Assembly: GCA_963829835.1 (NCBI GenBank)
Contig: CAWHKC010000002.1
Coordinates: 6,279 to 70,278, forward strand
Length of the DNA stretch: 64,000 bases
From: an uncultured Pseudomonadota bacterium
Lineage (GTDB): Bacteria; Pseudomonadota; Gammaproteobacteria; Berkiellales; Berkiellaceae
Direction of reading: 5' to 3'
A model generated the notes under the pieces. The model did not search any database and had not been told where the DNA came from. It saw only the letters and a program-made list of their open reading frames with translations. A program made the translations under genes and the position numbers. How positions within the stretch are numbered: position 1 is the first letter of the stretch; every line of letters begins with the position of its first letter. Shown here piece by piece: positions 24,486 to 35,200 of this stretch.

Positions 24486-26354
24486 TTAACTCTCCAAATA
24501 CGGCAATAGGTGTTCTTTTAATTCGGCCACACCAAACGGTTTCCCTTCAATCTTGTTGATCCCTTTAGCGTCAACCAAGAAACGCGCTCTTAACAAATGG
24601 CATAATTGGCCAGCATTCAATTCAACCACTAAAACATGTTGAAATGACTTTAAAATCTCACCAAGATTCTCTTGAAAAGGATTCAAATAACGCAGATGGA
24701 CCGCACTAATGGCATGATCTTTTGCTTGTAATTCTTCAACTGCCGAGCGGATTGAGCCATAGGTGCCACCCCATCCAACAACCAATACTTTTCCTTTGCT
24801 TGCGCCCATTATTGTTAATGGTGGTAAATCTTTGGCAATGCCTTGGATTTTAGCTGCGCGCAGGTTTATCATCTTTTGGTGATTTTCAGGATCATAGCTG
24901 ATGTTACCGGTCTCATGCTGTTTTTCCAGGCCGCCAATGCGATGCTCAAGACCTTTCGTGCCAGGGATTGCCCATGGTCTTGCAAGCGTCTTGGGATCTC
25001 TGCTATAAGGCAAAAATCCTTCCTTCTCGTTATGATATTGAATAGAAATTTTGGCTAATTCTTCCATTTTAGGAATTTTCCAAGGCTCAGCACTATTAGC
25101 CAAGTAAGCATCACTTAATAATATAACCGGCGTCATATATTGAGTCGCAATGCGGAATGCTTCCAAGATCATGTAAAAGCAATCTCCGGGCGTACTGGGA
25201 GCCAATACGGGCAGCGGACATTCACCATGCCGACCAAACATTGCTGTTAACAAGTCAGATTGTTCAACTTTTGTTGGCATACCTGTGGATGGCCCAGCGC
25301 GCTGAACATCAACCACCACTAAGGGTAATTCTGTCATCACCGCAAGTCCCAAGGCTTCACTTTTTAAATCCATCCCCGGCCCACTGGTTGTTGTTAAGGC
25401 AAGGGTCCCACCATAGGCTGCGCCAATCGCAGCACCAATGGCCGCAATTTCATCTTCAGCTTGAAATGTCTTAATGCCAAATTGAGCGTATCGTGCTAAC
25501 AAATGGAGAATATCTGAAGCCGGTGTGATGGGATAACCGCAAACCAATAGTGGTAAATTTGCTTTATCCGCAGCAGCGATGCAACCCCAGGCTAAAGCTT
25601 GGTTCCCCGTAATTTGCCTATACTCACCCTCAGGTAAGATAGCAGCTTTAACAGTGTAATGTTCAGCAAACAACTCGGCTGTAATGGCATAATGGTAACC
25701 TGAGCGCAATGCCACGATGTTCGCCTGCGCTATCTCTGCTTCATTTTTAAAACGTTCATTGATCCATTCTTTCGTGTCTTCAAGATCACGATGATATAAC
25801 CAATAGACCGCCCCAAGAGCAAACATATTTTTGCACTTTCTCGCACTCGTTCTGGAGATTTTTATTTCTTCAAGGGCCTTTAAGGTTAGGGACGTCATTG
25901 GTAAACGAACAACTCTGAATTCGCTTAGACTAGAAGATTCAAGCGGATTCTCGGTAAAGTGCGCTTTTTTGAGATCTTTATCTGTGAATTTATCTTCATC
26001 AATAATTAATATCCCACCAGGCTTTAAAGTCTTCAGGGTCACTTTAAGCGCAGCGGGGTTCATGGCAATTAACACATCATATCTGTCCCCTGGGGTGTGA
26101 ATATGACGCTCTGAAAAACTTAACTGAAAACCAGAGACACCAGGAAGCGTGCCCTGGGGGGCTCTAATCTCAGCAGGGTAATCTGGATAAGTGCGCACAT
26201 CATTACCTAATGTGGCACAAGACTGCGTAAACTGCATTCCTGCAAGTTGCATCCCATCACCTGAGTCACCGGCAAAGTGAATCACCACAGTTTCAAGGGG
26301 TATTCGTTTAACAGTGAGGGGGATTTTAGTCGTGAATGTATCAATATCTGCCAT
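24486..26354 (-). CDS. korA: 2-oxoacid:acceptor oxidoreductase alpha subunit (gamma-alpha fused)
   Basis: AGDSGDGMQLAG, PAEIRAPQG, GYPITPAS, QAEDEIAA, TTSGPG and DVQRAGPSTGMPT motifs. Confidence 0.9.
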   Translation of the reverse strand: MADIDTFTTKIPLTVKRIPLETVVIHFAGDSGDGMQLAGMQFTQSCATLGNDVRTYPDYPAEIRAPQGTLPGVSGFQLSFSERHIHTPGDRYDVLIAMNPAALKVTLKTLKPGGILIIDEDKFTDKDLKKAHFTENPLESSSLSEFRVVRLPMTSLTLKALEEIKISRTSARKCKNMFALGAVYWLYHRDLEDTKEWINERFKNEAEIAQANIVALRSGYHYAITAELFAEHYTVKAAILPEGEYRQITGNQALAWGCIAAADKANLPLLVCGYPITPASDILHLLARYAQFGIKTFQAEDEIAAIGAAIGAAYGGTLALTTTSGPGMDLKSEALGLAVMTELPLVVVDVQRAGPSTGMPTKVEQSDLLTAMFGRHGECPLPVLAPSTPGDCFYMILEAFRIATQYMTPVILLSDAYLANSAEPWKIPKMEELAKISIQYHNEKEGFLPYSRDPKTLARPWAIPGTKGLEHRIGGLEKQHETGNISYDPENHQKMINLRAAKIQGIAKDLPPLTIMGASKGKVLVVGWGGTYGSIRSAVEELQAKDHAISAVHLRYLNPFQENLGEILKSFQHVLVVELNAGQLCHLLRARFLVDAKGINKIEGKPFGVAELKEHLLPYLES

Positions 26355-26544
26355 ATCTATGCGCCTACACTCTATTTTGCGAAAAGTATATCATTATCTA
26401 AGTGACTAAGTCTTGAAATCTTCCCATTTATTCTAAAGATCATCCGCTCACAGTGTAGTTGCGCGTCATCGACTGTGGCATCATAAACTATTGAATTTTA
26501 ATGTCACACTACATGTAAGTTATTTGACTTTGCTGGGAGGCATA

Positions 26545-27381
26545 ATGCGTCGGGTGATTTTTAACCAAAAAGGTGGGGTTGGCAAATCTACTATAACCTG
26601 CAATTTAGCCGCTATCAGTGCTGATAAGGGTTTACGAACCTTAGTGGTCGATCTCGATCCACAATCAAACTCTACTCAATATTTACTGGGCCGCAATGCT
26701 TCCAATTTCTTGCCAACAGTTGCTGACTATTTTGAACAAGTCCTCAAATTTAAATTCACTGCCAGTAATGCCAATCAATTTATTCATGCAACTTCTTTTA
26801 AAAATTTATTTATATTGCCCGCCTCCCCGACCTTAGAGCCGCTTCTTAATAAATTAGAGAATCGTCATAAAATTTATAAGCTTAGAAGCTTGCTTGATAA
26901 ATTAGATCATTTTGATAATATTTTTATCGATACACCACCAGCAATGAATTATTTCACCCAGTCAGCGCTTATTGCGACTGACACCTGTTTAATTCCATTT
27001 GATTGCGATTTATTCTCACGCAATGCGATATATCATCTTTTTCGTGGTGTAACCGATATCAGAGAAAAATATAATGCTCGCTTAAGAGTGGAAGGCGTTA
27101 TAGTTAACCAATTTCAACCAAGCGCTGCTTTACCTAAACGCTTAGTAGAAGAGCTCTCAAACGAAGGGTTGCCTATCATTTCAACTTTTTTAACTTCATC
27201 AATCAAAATCAAAGAATCACATGATGCGACTTTGCCTATGATTCATTTTGCTCGTAATCATAAAGTGACAATGGAGTTTTTAAGAATTTTCCAAGCACTG
27301 CAAACAAATGAAATCACTCAGCCAGATGCGTTTAGGACGGTAGATTTTACTGAGAAGATGCCAGAGGAAATGGGGGTATAA
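26545..27381 (+). CDS. ParA-family ATPase (orphan)
   Basis: NQKGGVGKST deviant Walker A, DLDPQSN and IDTPP motifs; GGAGG RBS before ATG at 26545; no parB adjacent. Confidence 0.88.
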   Translation: MRRVIFNQKGGVGKSTITCNLAAISADKGLRTLVVDLDPQSNSTQYLLGRNASNFLPTVADYFEQVLKFKFTASNANQFIHATSFKNLFILPASPTLEPLLNKLENRHKIYKLRSLLDKLDHFDNIFIDTPPAMNYFTQSALIATDTCLIPFDCDLFSRNAIYHLFRGVTDIREKYNARLRVEGVIVNQFQPSAALPKRLVEELSNEGLPIISTFLTSSIKIKESHDATLPMIHFARNHKVTMEFLRIFQALQTNEITQPDAFRTVDFTEKMPEEMGV

Positions 27382-27399
27382 GTATACCCCTCGTTCACC

Positions 27400-28608
27400 T
27401 TAAAGCTTTTGCTTTACTTTAGTCTGAAAAGGCATCGGTAAACTTGTCAAAGAAATATCATCAAATAATCCAGTGAAATCAAAATTACTACTAATTCTTT
27501 TTAATTCAAAAAAAGGTAAAAAGCTAAAAGAAGCGACCGTTGGTAATACAGGCACTTCTTCCAATTGTGCGCATTCTTCTTTAGGACTTTCTGTGGGATT
27601 TTCTTTGAAATTTTCTTTGGGACTTCCTTTGAGACTACCTTTGGGACTTTCTTTGGGAAGTTTTTTTGTCCTTAAACTTGTTAAAATTTCTTCTTCTGTT
27701 AATGCGAAATATCCTTCTTTTAGCTTTACATTAAAAACACCATCCTTGATGGATACTTTAGAGAAAGCCTGTTGCAGCGCAGGTTCACCATCAAGAAACA
27801 AATTATAACTCTTTTTTATTCTCTTTAATGCCTTGGGATTATCATACTTATCGTCAAAAATGATAGTAAACTCGTCATTTTGCTTTTGTATAGATTTAAT
27901 TAACACCCCATTTCTCAAATCTTTGCAAAAATTAATTTTTTCAGAAGGGGCAGCAGCGGCAATAAGTTCATTTAACAAAATATCTGGATCTTGACATTCA
28001 GTATTTTGCAGAATCAAACCAACACCATTTTTTGTATGTCCCATATTGCTATATCTTAGCTTTAATGCTTCACTTTCTGTACTCAATAAATTTAACATCC
28101 CCGAAATTCTAGGATAATAGATATCTTTATCATATGGTTCTTTTATTGTTACTTTAACGCTTTCTCCTTCAATGCTTAATGATTCAATTAACTCCCCCTT
28201 TAGAAGTAACTTTCGCCAAGGCAATCTTTTTCTACTCTCCATTAAAACCGTACGCACTTGATTAGATTGCTCTTCATTTTGCACACCTTGATTAACCCTT
28301 TTTCTAAAGGTACGTTCAGGGTTAATATTCGCTATACTTTGTAATTGTTCAATAATTTCAACAGGAGAAAGACCTTTAGCGTCTTCTTTTAATTCTAATG
28401 TTATGTCGCTATTTCCCTTGCCATTAATAATAAATTTCTGTGAAAAAGAAATAGGTCTGGTAGCAAATAGATTTTTCAAGAATTTTTTGAATTTAGACGG
28501 ATCGTCATATGCTTCATTCAATTCAAAATGTACTGTATCTTTAACAATGGTTACTTTTTTGAATAGTTTGCCTTTAAGCAAAGCTTTTTTAAATGAAATT
28601 TTACTCAT
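27400..28608 (-). CDS. Hypothetical protein with three internal repeat domains
   Basis: 402-aa ORF; the motif F/W-x-K-x-L-x-x-G-x-L...YD occurs three times; no family recognised. Confidence 0.75.
   Translation of the reverse strand: MSKISFKKALLKGKLFKKVTIVKDTVHFELNEAYDDPSKFKKFLKNLFATRPISFSQKFIINGKGNSDITLELKEDAKGLSPVEIIEQLQSIANINPERTFRKRVNQGVQNEEQSNQVRTVLMESRKRLPWRKLLLKGELIESLSIEGESVKVTIKEPYDKDIYYPRISGMLNLLSTESEALKLRYSNMGHTKNGVGLILQNTECQDPDILLNELIAAAAPSEKINFCKDLRNGVLIKSIQKQNDEFTIIFDDKYDNPKALKRIKKSYNLFLDGEPALQQAFSKVSIKDGVFNVKLKEGYFALTEEEILTSLRTKKLPKESPKGSLKGSPKENFKENPTESPKEECAQLEEVPVLPTVASFSFLPFFELKRISSNFDFTGLFDDISLTSLPMPFQTKVKQKL
27578..27661 (-). repeat. In-frame 12-bp tandem repeat (7 degenerate units)
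   Basis: Top-strand units tctttaggactt, tctgtgggattt, tctttgaaattt, tctttgggactt, cctttgagacta, cctttgggactt, tctttgggaagt; encode the PKES/PKGS/PKEN-type tract. Confidence 0.8.
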
Positions 28609-28846
28609 TGCACACCCTGCAATTAATTTTTGTAAAGGCGAAATGCGTCGTTAGAAATTGATTGCGAAATGTCAGCTGTAACCAGCGTATTTTTGAATGG
28701 CGTGATGCAAGCTCAAGCATTCTAAGAGGCTTAAGAAGTTACGCGAGATGGTTAGAAATTGGTTGTTCATAAACACAGATCAATATTTGGAAATATAATA
28801 AACTGTAATTTGTTGATATGATAGTGTCAACTAAAACACAATAAGA

Positions 28847-29947
28847 TTAATAATTTCTGGTCTTCCACGTTCGCCTCCCTAATCTTCCAAATTCAATTTC
28901 AGTTCGACAAAAAAACATGCCGTTGGATGTATTGACAGTTACTAAAGCAATTCTGTCAAGTGGTTTATCAATTGTAACCTGAGGTAGCTCATTATCACCT
29001 ACGGATGGACCGCCCTCATTAAAATAGATCATCTTTTCTTTTTTTATCGATGCGCCTGTAAAGACATCGTAGATATTCAAATTATTGAATTTATCAACAC
29101 AAAGCAAATAACCTTGTCTCATTAGTGGCGGTCCTAAAGAAGGTTCTTCTTCTATTGTATAAAATGGTTTTATTTGCTGATAATTATCATGAAAAACATG
29201 AATGACTTGCTGTTTGTTCAATTTTATTCGTGTTAACAAATAAATTAAAACACCATTTTCGCTTGGATGCCTACCCACAATTGGTTTAGCAATAATACTT
29301 CCAGACAAGCGAAGCGGATATTGCTGACAAACCCAATTGTGTAAGTTAATCTTCCATAAATTTCCCTCATCATCTCCAAAATAAACAATATCTGAAAAGC
29401 CACTTCCTTTTGAATCAACGGCCACAAATTCTGATGTTATTGTTGGAATTATGAACTCCTTGATTTTATGCCCATATTCATAATCCAAAAAAATTAATCT
29501 GGATTTATTTGTGCAAGTTTTTGATTCAAGCACTATTAGGGTTCTATCACCATTTGGCAAAATAATGGCGCTATCTTGTACATCAATTTCTTTCTTCCTT
29601 ACTCCAAATGTTGAATTCAAATACATATTTGAGCCATCATCATTAGATCTACTAATATCAATTCGATAGTAATTACTACCCTGATTTTCTCCAAAATGTA
29701 AAGTGTCTGGAACAAATTGAAGGAATTTCACATTGGATGGCAATGTAAAATGAAAATCACTGGCTAGCATTTTTTCTATGCTTATTAATTCACTTTCAGC
29801 TTGAGATTTAATATTCAAAAAGGATTTAAAATTATTTACCATTTTGAGTTGTAAAATCCCCGACTCTATCCCCGTATTTGCAACAAGCGCAATCAGTGTG
29901 CTAAAGACCAGCACCATAATTAAAACCGAGCCGGATTGTGCTTTCAT
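28847..29947 (-). CDS. pilX: PilX-like minor pilin fused to a partial PilC/PilY1-like beta-propeller segment
   Basis: N-terminus QSG|SVLIMVLVF (PilX-type, no Glu5). C-terminal AVDSKGSGFSDIVYFGDDEGNLWKINL and IIAKPIV resemble PilY1/PilC blades. Confidence 0.65.
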   Translation of the reverse strand: MKAQSGSVLIMVLVFSTLIALVANTGIESGILQLKMVNNFKSFLNIKSQAESELISIEKMLASDFHFTLPSNVKFLQFVPDTLHFGENQGSNYYRIDISRSNDDGSNMYLNSTFGVRKKEIDVQDSAIILPNGDRTLIVLESKTCTNKSRLIFLDYEYGHKIKEFIIPTITSEFVAVDSKGSGFSDIVYFGDDEGNLWKINLHNWVCQQYPLRLSGSIIAKPIVGRHPSENGVLIYLLTRIKLNKQQVIHVFHDNYQQIKPFYTIEEEPSLGPPLMRQGYLLCVDKFNNLNIYDVFTGASIKKEKMIYFNEGGPSVGDNELPQVTIDKPLDRIALVTVNTSNGMFFCRTEIEFGRLGRRTWKTRNY

Positions 29948-30948
29948 GGATTCTTAAAACCATTAACAGTAAAATCAAAGGTCCACCACTTTCTCATCAA
30001 TCTATCTTTGGGAATAATTTCTTGATCATTTATTTGATATTTTTTAGGTATCAGCAATCCATCTTCAATAGAATTCAACAATAAGGAAACCCGAACTTTT
30101 ATCACCCGATTCCATTGAGTTACTTTCTCAGCCGGATAATATTTAACAGTATTATCATTCTTAATACCATAAAATACTTGAAGAAATTCAACGCCTTCAA
30201 TTAATTCCAACGTTCTACCATTCAAGTCAGTACTGTAAAGTGCGTCAATTGGATGTCCATTTGCATTTACTCGAGCCGTATTACCAACGTAAACTATTTT
30301 AGAGGACAAAACGCCCACTTCTGCACTATTATCATAATGCTTATTGAATGAATGCTTTTGGGTTGAGATCATTATCTTGGTCATTTTTGAATTATGATTA
30401 AATTCGCTTTTGAGTGCTTTTAAAAAATCAACATGGCTGCAATCAGACAGCACTATAATTTGACCCTGTTTTAGCTTTAGATGCCCCTTTACTATAAGGT
30501 GATCGGTTTTATCTGTTATCTTTGAGTCAAGAGTAGTGTTTTTTTTTGTATTTAGGATCCAAAGAAGAGAGCTATCAGGTTTCATTCTGTTGCGAACTTG
30601 TGAAGATAGCGGTAACTTCTTTTTAATATCATCATTAACAGCAATGATCCTAGCGCGATGATTTAATCCAAATAGCTTCGGATCAATATTCGGTGCGATA
30701 TGAATAGAGAGATCTTCGCCAAAAGCATTGCATCCTAAGCTACCACTTGATTCGATATATTCTCCTAACAGAACGCTCGCAACTCTGGCATTTTCTTGAA
30801 GTCTTGCCAAAGCTTGTTGCGCCATCAATAGTTGTTTAGCGGTTAAAAAGGCTTGTAGTGTGGCCGCACAAATAACCATTCCTAGACCCATACTAATGAT
30901 AATTTCAACCAGGGTGAAACCTTTTGGTTTATTTAGCTGCTTCATCAT
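29944..30948 (-). CDS. pilW: Type IV pilus minor pilin PilW
   Basis: KG|FTLVEIIISMGLG prepilin motif, RLQENAR and LIEGVEFLQVFYG motifs. Confidence 0.85.
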   Translation of the reverse strand: MMKQLNKPKGFTLVEIIISMGLGMVICAATLQAFLTAKQLLMAQQALARLQENARVASVLLGEYIESSGSLGCNAFGEDLSIHIAPNIDPKLFGLNHRARIIAVNDDIKKKLPLSSQVRNRMKPDSSLLWILNTKKNTTLDSKITDKTDHLIVKGHLKLKQGQIIVLSDCSHVDFLKALKSEFNHNSKMTKIMISTQKHSFNKHYDNSAEVGVLSSKIVYVGNTARVNANGHPIDALYSTDLNGRTLELIEGVEFLQVFYGIKNDNTVKYYPAEKVTQWNRVIKVRVSLLLNSIEDGLLIPKKYQINDQEIIPKDRLMRKWWTFDFTVNGFKNP

Positions 30949-31090
30949 TAACCTGGGTTAATTTCTGCGTGAGCAACATACTTTCTCTAGTTATTTTCAG
31001 GCTTTGAAGCGATAAAAAACTTGAACCTAAGATAGCAGTTGAAAAAATAAATAGTGCCGCTAGTACTTCAATTAAGCTTGAACCTTGCAT
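30929..31090 (-). CDS. pilV: Miniature PilV-like prepilin (53 aa)
   Basis: Not in ORF track. Hand translation: MQG|SSLIEVLAALFIFSTAILGSSFLSLQSLKITRESMLLTQKLTQVNDEAAK*. Sits in the pilV position upstream of pilW. Confidence 0.7.
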   Translation of the reverse strand: MQGSSLIEVLAALFIFSTAILGSSFLSLQSLKITRESMLLTQKLTQVNDEAAK

Positions 31091-31220
31091 ACAAAAAAAT
31101 CTGTTGAAAATTAAAGACGCTATTATTATTGGGGAACGAAATCGAAGGCAAGAAATATCGCATGCAGTAATGCATAATTTTCGTTTATATACCTAAATAA
31201 CGTCAACGTGCCGCGACTAG

Positions 31221-32231
31221 TTAGCGGCATCCAGATGTAATAGACTTGATCAAAGCAGGTCCTTGATAAATTAATCCACTATAAAGCTGAATTAATTTTG
31301 CGCCCGCAGCCAGTTTTGCTTTGGCATCTTGTGTGTTAAAAATTCCACCAACTGCAATAATAGGTAATTTATCACCCACATGCTGATAGATAGTTTTTAC
31401 GACATCAGTTGAAGCTTGAAATAACGGAGCGCCACTTAAACCACCCTCTTCTTTAATCGCTTTGCCTTGCAAAGTATTAGGGCGTTTTATGGTGGTATTG
31501 GTTGCTATCACACCATCAATGTTTAACGAAACCAATAGATCGACAATGGACTTTACTTCATCTGTTTCCAAATCGGGGGATATCTTTACAACGATCGGTA
31601 CAATTTTTTGCAATTTATCAGTTTGCTTTTTTCTTTCTTCAAGCAATGGATGAATAATGCTTTTTAACATATCACCATGCTGCAAGGATTTTAATCCTGG
31701 CGTATTGGGTGATGATAAATTGACTGTCACATAATCAGCATAAGCATATACTTTTTGAAAACAATGAAGATAATCAAGAGTCGCATTCTCAAGGGAGGTA
31801 TCTCGATTTTTTCCAATATTCACCCCTATAGGGCAACTGAGAGGGTAAGCTTTGAGCTTTTCAATTAAGTAATCAACACCTTTATTATTGAAACCCATTC
31901 GATTGATTAAAGCTTGATTTTTGGGAAGACGAAATAACCTTGGCCTTGGATTACCAACTTGCCCTTTTGGAGTCACCGTACCCACTTCCACAAACCCAAA
32001 TCCCAAAGAACCCCACGCAGGGATACATTCACCATTTTTATCAAGCCCCGCCGCAAGTCCTACTCTATTAGGAAAGTTAAGGCCAAAACAAGTGATTGAA
32101 TTTTTTGTTGCAATCGGGGTTTTGCGAAAAGCACCTAACTGGTGAAGAAGTTTCAACATTCCTAAGGTTAGATTGTGTGAAAATTCAGGATCTAAGGAAA
32201 ACAAAAAAGGTCTAACTAAGCTGTACCACAT
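31221..32231 (-). CDS. pyrD: Dihydroorotate dehydrogenase (quinone)
   Basis: GLAAGLDKN, GTVTP, NRMGFNN, VNLSSPNTPGL and GGLSG motifs; likely start MWYSLV at 32231. Confidence 0.95.
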   Translation of the reverse strand: MWYSLVRPFLFSLDPEFSHNLTLGMLKLLHQLGAFRKTPIATKNSITCFGLNFPNRVGLAAGLDKNGECIPAWGSLGFGFVEVGTVTPKGQVGNPRPRLFRLPKNQALINRMGFNNKGVDYLIEKLKAYPLSCPIGVNIGKNRDTSLENATLDYLHCFQKVYAYADYVTVNLSSPNTPGLKSLQHGDMLKSIIHPLLEERKKQTDKLQKIVPIVVKISPDLETDEVKSIVDLLVSLNIDGVIATNTTIKRPNTLQGKAIKEEGGLSGAPLFQASTDVVKTIYQHVGDKLPIIAVGGIFNTQDAKAKLAAGAKLIQLYSGLIYQGPALIKSITSGCR

Positions 32232-32250
32232 TATTTTTATTCTCAAAATT

Positions 32251-32277
32251 TGTCATGCCAGGATGACTGGCATGACA
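32251..32277. terminator. Hairpin between gdh and pyrD
   Basis: tgtcatgcca-N7-tggcatgaca, a perfect 10-bp stem 12 bp after the gdh stop. Confidence 0.5.
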
Positions 32278-32289
32278 GAAACAGACGTA

Positions 32290-35200
32290 TCAGGCAACTC
32301 TCTTGTTGGATTGAATTTCATCTATGCTTGTATTTGCTAATTCCATCAACTCGCGCAAGGCCACCGAATACATTGTAAATTCGCGTTTAGTTAACGTTTT
32401 AAGCTCTGCAATCATATGACGCCATCTATCCAACATCACTTTATGTTGCGCCATCCAAGCATCAATTTGAGCTTCAACATCATGTACATCCGGCTGCATC
32501 ATCATGATAGCAACTGTTAAGTTTCGTTGTTGACGGTCAAGATCATCTCGAATGGCGGCTCTTGCAAGTGAATCCCAATGATTTGCAACGGGATGCAATT
32601 TGATTTGCTCTCTAAACCAACCCAGCTCTAAACGAGCTCCAACAGCATAATAAGTGATTGTTACATTCTCTACAGGAATATTGTGGCTAATCGCCGCATC
32701 GACAATATCAAGCGCCGAGAACATCGCTCCCATTTGAGCTGTTATTAGAGCGGTTTCTTCTGGAACATTTTCCGCCATCAGTTCTTTAGTAAATTCTAAC
32801 AAATATTCTTCGGAGCTACCTTGAAGTGCATGATGCAATCCTTCTTTTACGAGCCGCATTTTTGGCGTAAAATGTTTGATCACTTCTTCAACATCCATTG
32901 ATCCAATACGATGTCGTAAAAACCATCTTGTTCCGCGTCGTACTAATCTATTTAGCTCATGAAGCATTTTAACTTGAATATCGGCTGGAACTATAAAATC
33001 CAAGGCATTAACCGCTTCTCTAAATCTATTTGCCCTGAATATCTCTCTGGCAGCAATATAACCACGAATAATATCAGGAACTGTCGCTCCCGTTTCATCT
33101 TGTAAACGATGAATAAATCCAAGTCCCATATCATTGATGACAGCATTAGAAATCTGCATCGCAATAATTTCACGTTTTAAGCGATGCGAAAACATTTCTT
33201 TTTCATATTTATCACGTAACAATTGTGGAAAAGCCGTGACTAAATCCATTGCAATATATTTATCTTCTGGCACATCTGAAGCAAGCAATTCACTTTTTAA
33301 CAAGGTTTTGCAATATGCCAATAAGACGGCAAGCTCGGGTCTAGTTAGTCCTTTCCCAGTTTGCTGACGTGACAATAACTCATCATTCAGTGGTAAAAAT
33401 TCTAATGACCGACTTAAATTGGCATTTTGTTCCAAATGATCAATTAGGCGACAATGCATTTGTACATTTTTTTCAGCGTTAAATTCAGCAACACTTATTG
33501 CTTCGGTTTGATTACGATTATTTTCTAAAACCAATTCAGCAACATCATTTGTCATTTCACCTAACAACACATTTCTTTGCTTTTCGGTAAGATCGCCTGA
33601 TGCGACAATACCATTTAGTAAAATTTTAATATTTACTTCTTGATCCGAACAATTCACACCACCTGAATTGTCTATGGCATCCGTGTTGAGCTTGCCACCA
33701 TTAAGAGCGTATTCAACTCGTCCAAGTTGCGTAAACCCCAAATTTCCACCTTCTGCAACAACTTTTGCTCTTAATTCTTCACCATTAATCCGTAAACTAT
33801 CGTTTGCTCTATCGCCTACATTCATATTATGTTCATAGGACGCTTTTACATAAGTTCCAATACCGCCATTAAATAAAAGATCAACTTTAGCTTTTAATAA
33901 TGCTCTTATCAGTTCATTAGCAACAATTTTAGGTTTGTTGATCCCAAGCATCTCTTGCACTTCTTTTGACAAGGGTATGAACTTGGAAGCACGAGAAAAA
34001 ACGCCGCCTCCTTTTGATATTAATTTTGCATCATAATCTTCCCAACTTGAACGTGGAAGATTAAATAAGCGCAGTCTTTCATTGAAACTGATTTCTGGAT
34101 CTGGATTAGGGTCCAAAAAGATATGAAGATGATTAAAAGCACCAATTAATTTAATATGCCGAGATTGCAACATCCCATTACCAAAAACGTCACCGGCTAA
34201 ATCACCAATACCGATTACGGTAAAATCTGTTTTTTGAGTATCAATGTCGAGTTCTCTAAAATGTCTTTTTACCGATTCCCAGGCACCGCGAGCCGTGATA
34301 CCCATTTTTTTATGGTCATAACCTGAAGAACCACCTGAGGCAAACGCATCTCCTAACCAAAAATTGAACTTTTTAGAAACGCTATTGGCAATATCTGAAA
34401 ATGTCGCCGTCCCTTTATCAGCAGCTACTACCAAATAAGGATCATCTGAATCATAACGCACCACATCGTGAGGAGGTACAACTTTGTTTTCAACTAAGTT
34501 ATCAGTGAGATCCAATAAGCCATGGATAAATGTTTGATAACAGGCTATACCTTCGGTCATTATTTCTTCGCGCGTGGCATGATGAGGTATACATTTTGGT
34601 ACAAATCCTCCTTTTGCGCCCAGTGGCACAATAACAGCATTTTTGACTTGCTGTGCTTTCATTAAGCCTAGAACTTCAGTTCTAAAATCTTCACGTCTAT
34701 CTGACCAGCGCAAACCACCTCTTGCTACTTTCGCGCCTCGAAGATGAACACCTTCCACACGGGGGGAGTAAACAAATATTTCAAATAGCGGTCTAGGCAA
34801 GGGAAGCTCTGGTATGGCTGAAGGATCTAATTTGAAAGACAAATAGGATTTATGCTTATTCTCATGATTTTTTTGGAAGAAATTAGTACGAATCGTGGCC
34901 AATATCACTTGAAGATATCGTCTAATAATTCTATCTTCATCGATATTCTTAACTTCTTCAAGATTATTCTTAATTTTTAAGCGCAAAGAGTTTGAAATGC
35001 TATTTCTTTTTTCTTGTGAAACCGCAGGGTCAAAACGTACCTTAAAGAGATCAACCAAATCTCGGGTAATTGTTGGCACACCGCCCAGCACATCTTCAAT
35101 GTAGGCTTGAGAAAAGGTGAATCCAATTTGCCATAAATATTTAGCATAAGCTCTTAACATGGCAACTTCACGCCAATTAAGTCCTGAACCTAATACTAAT

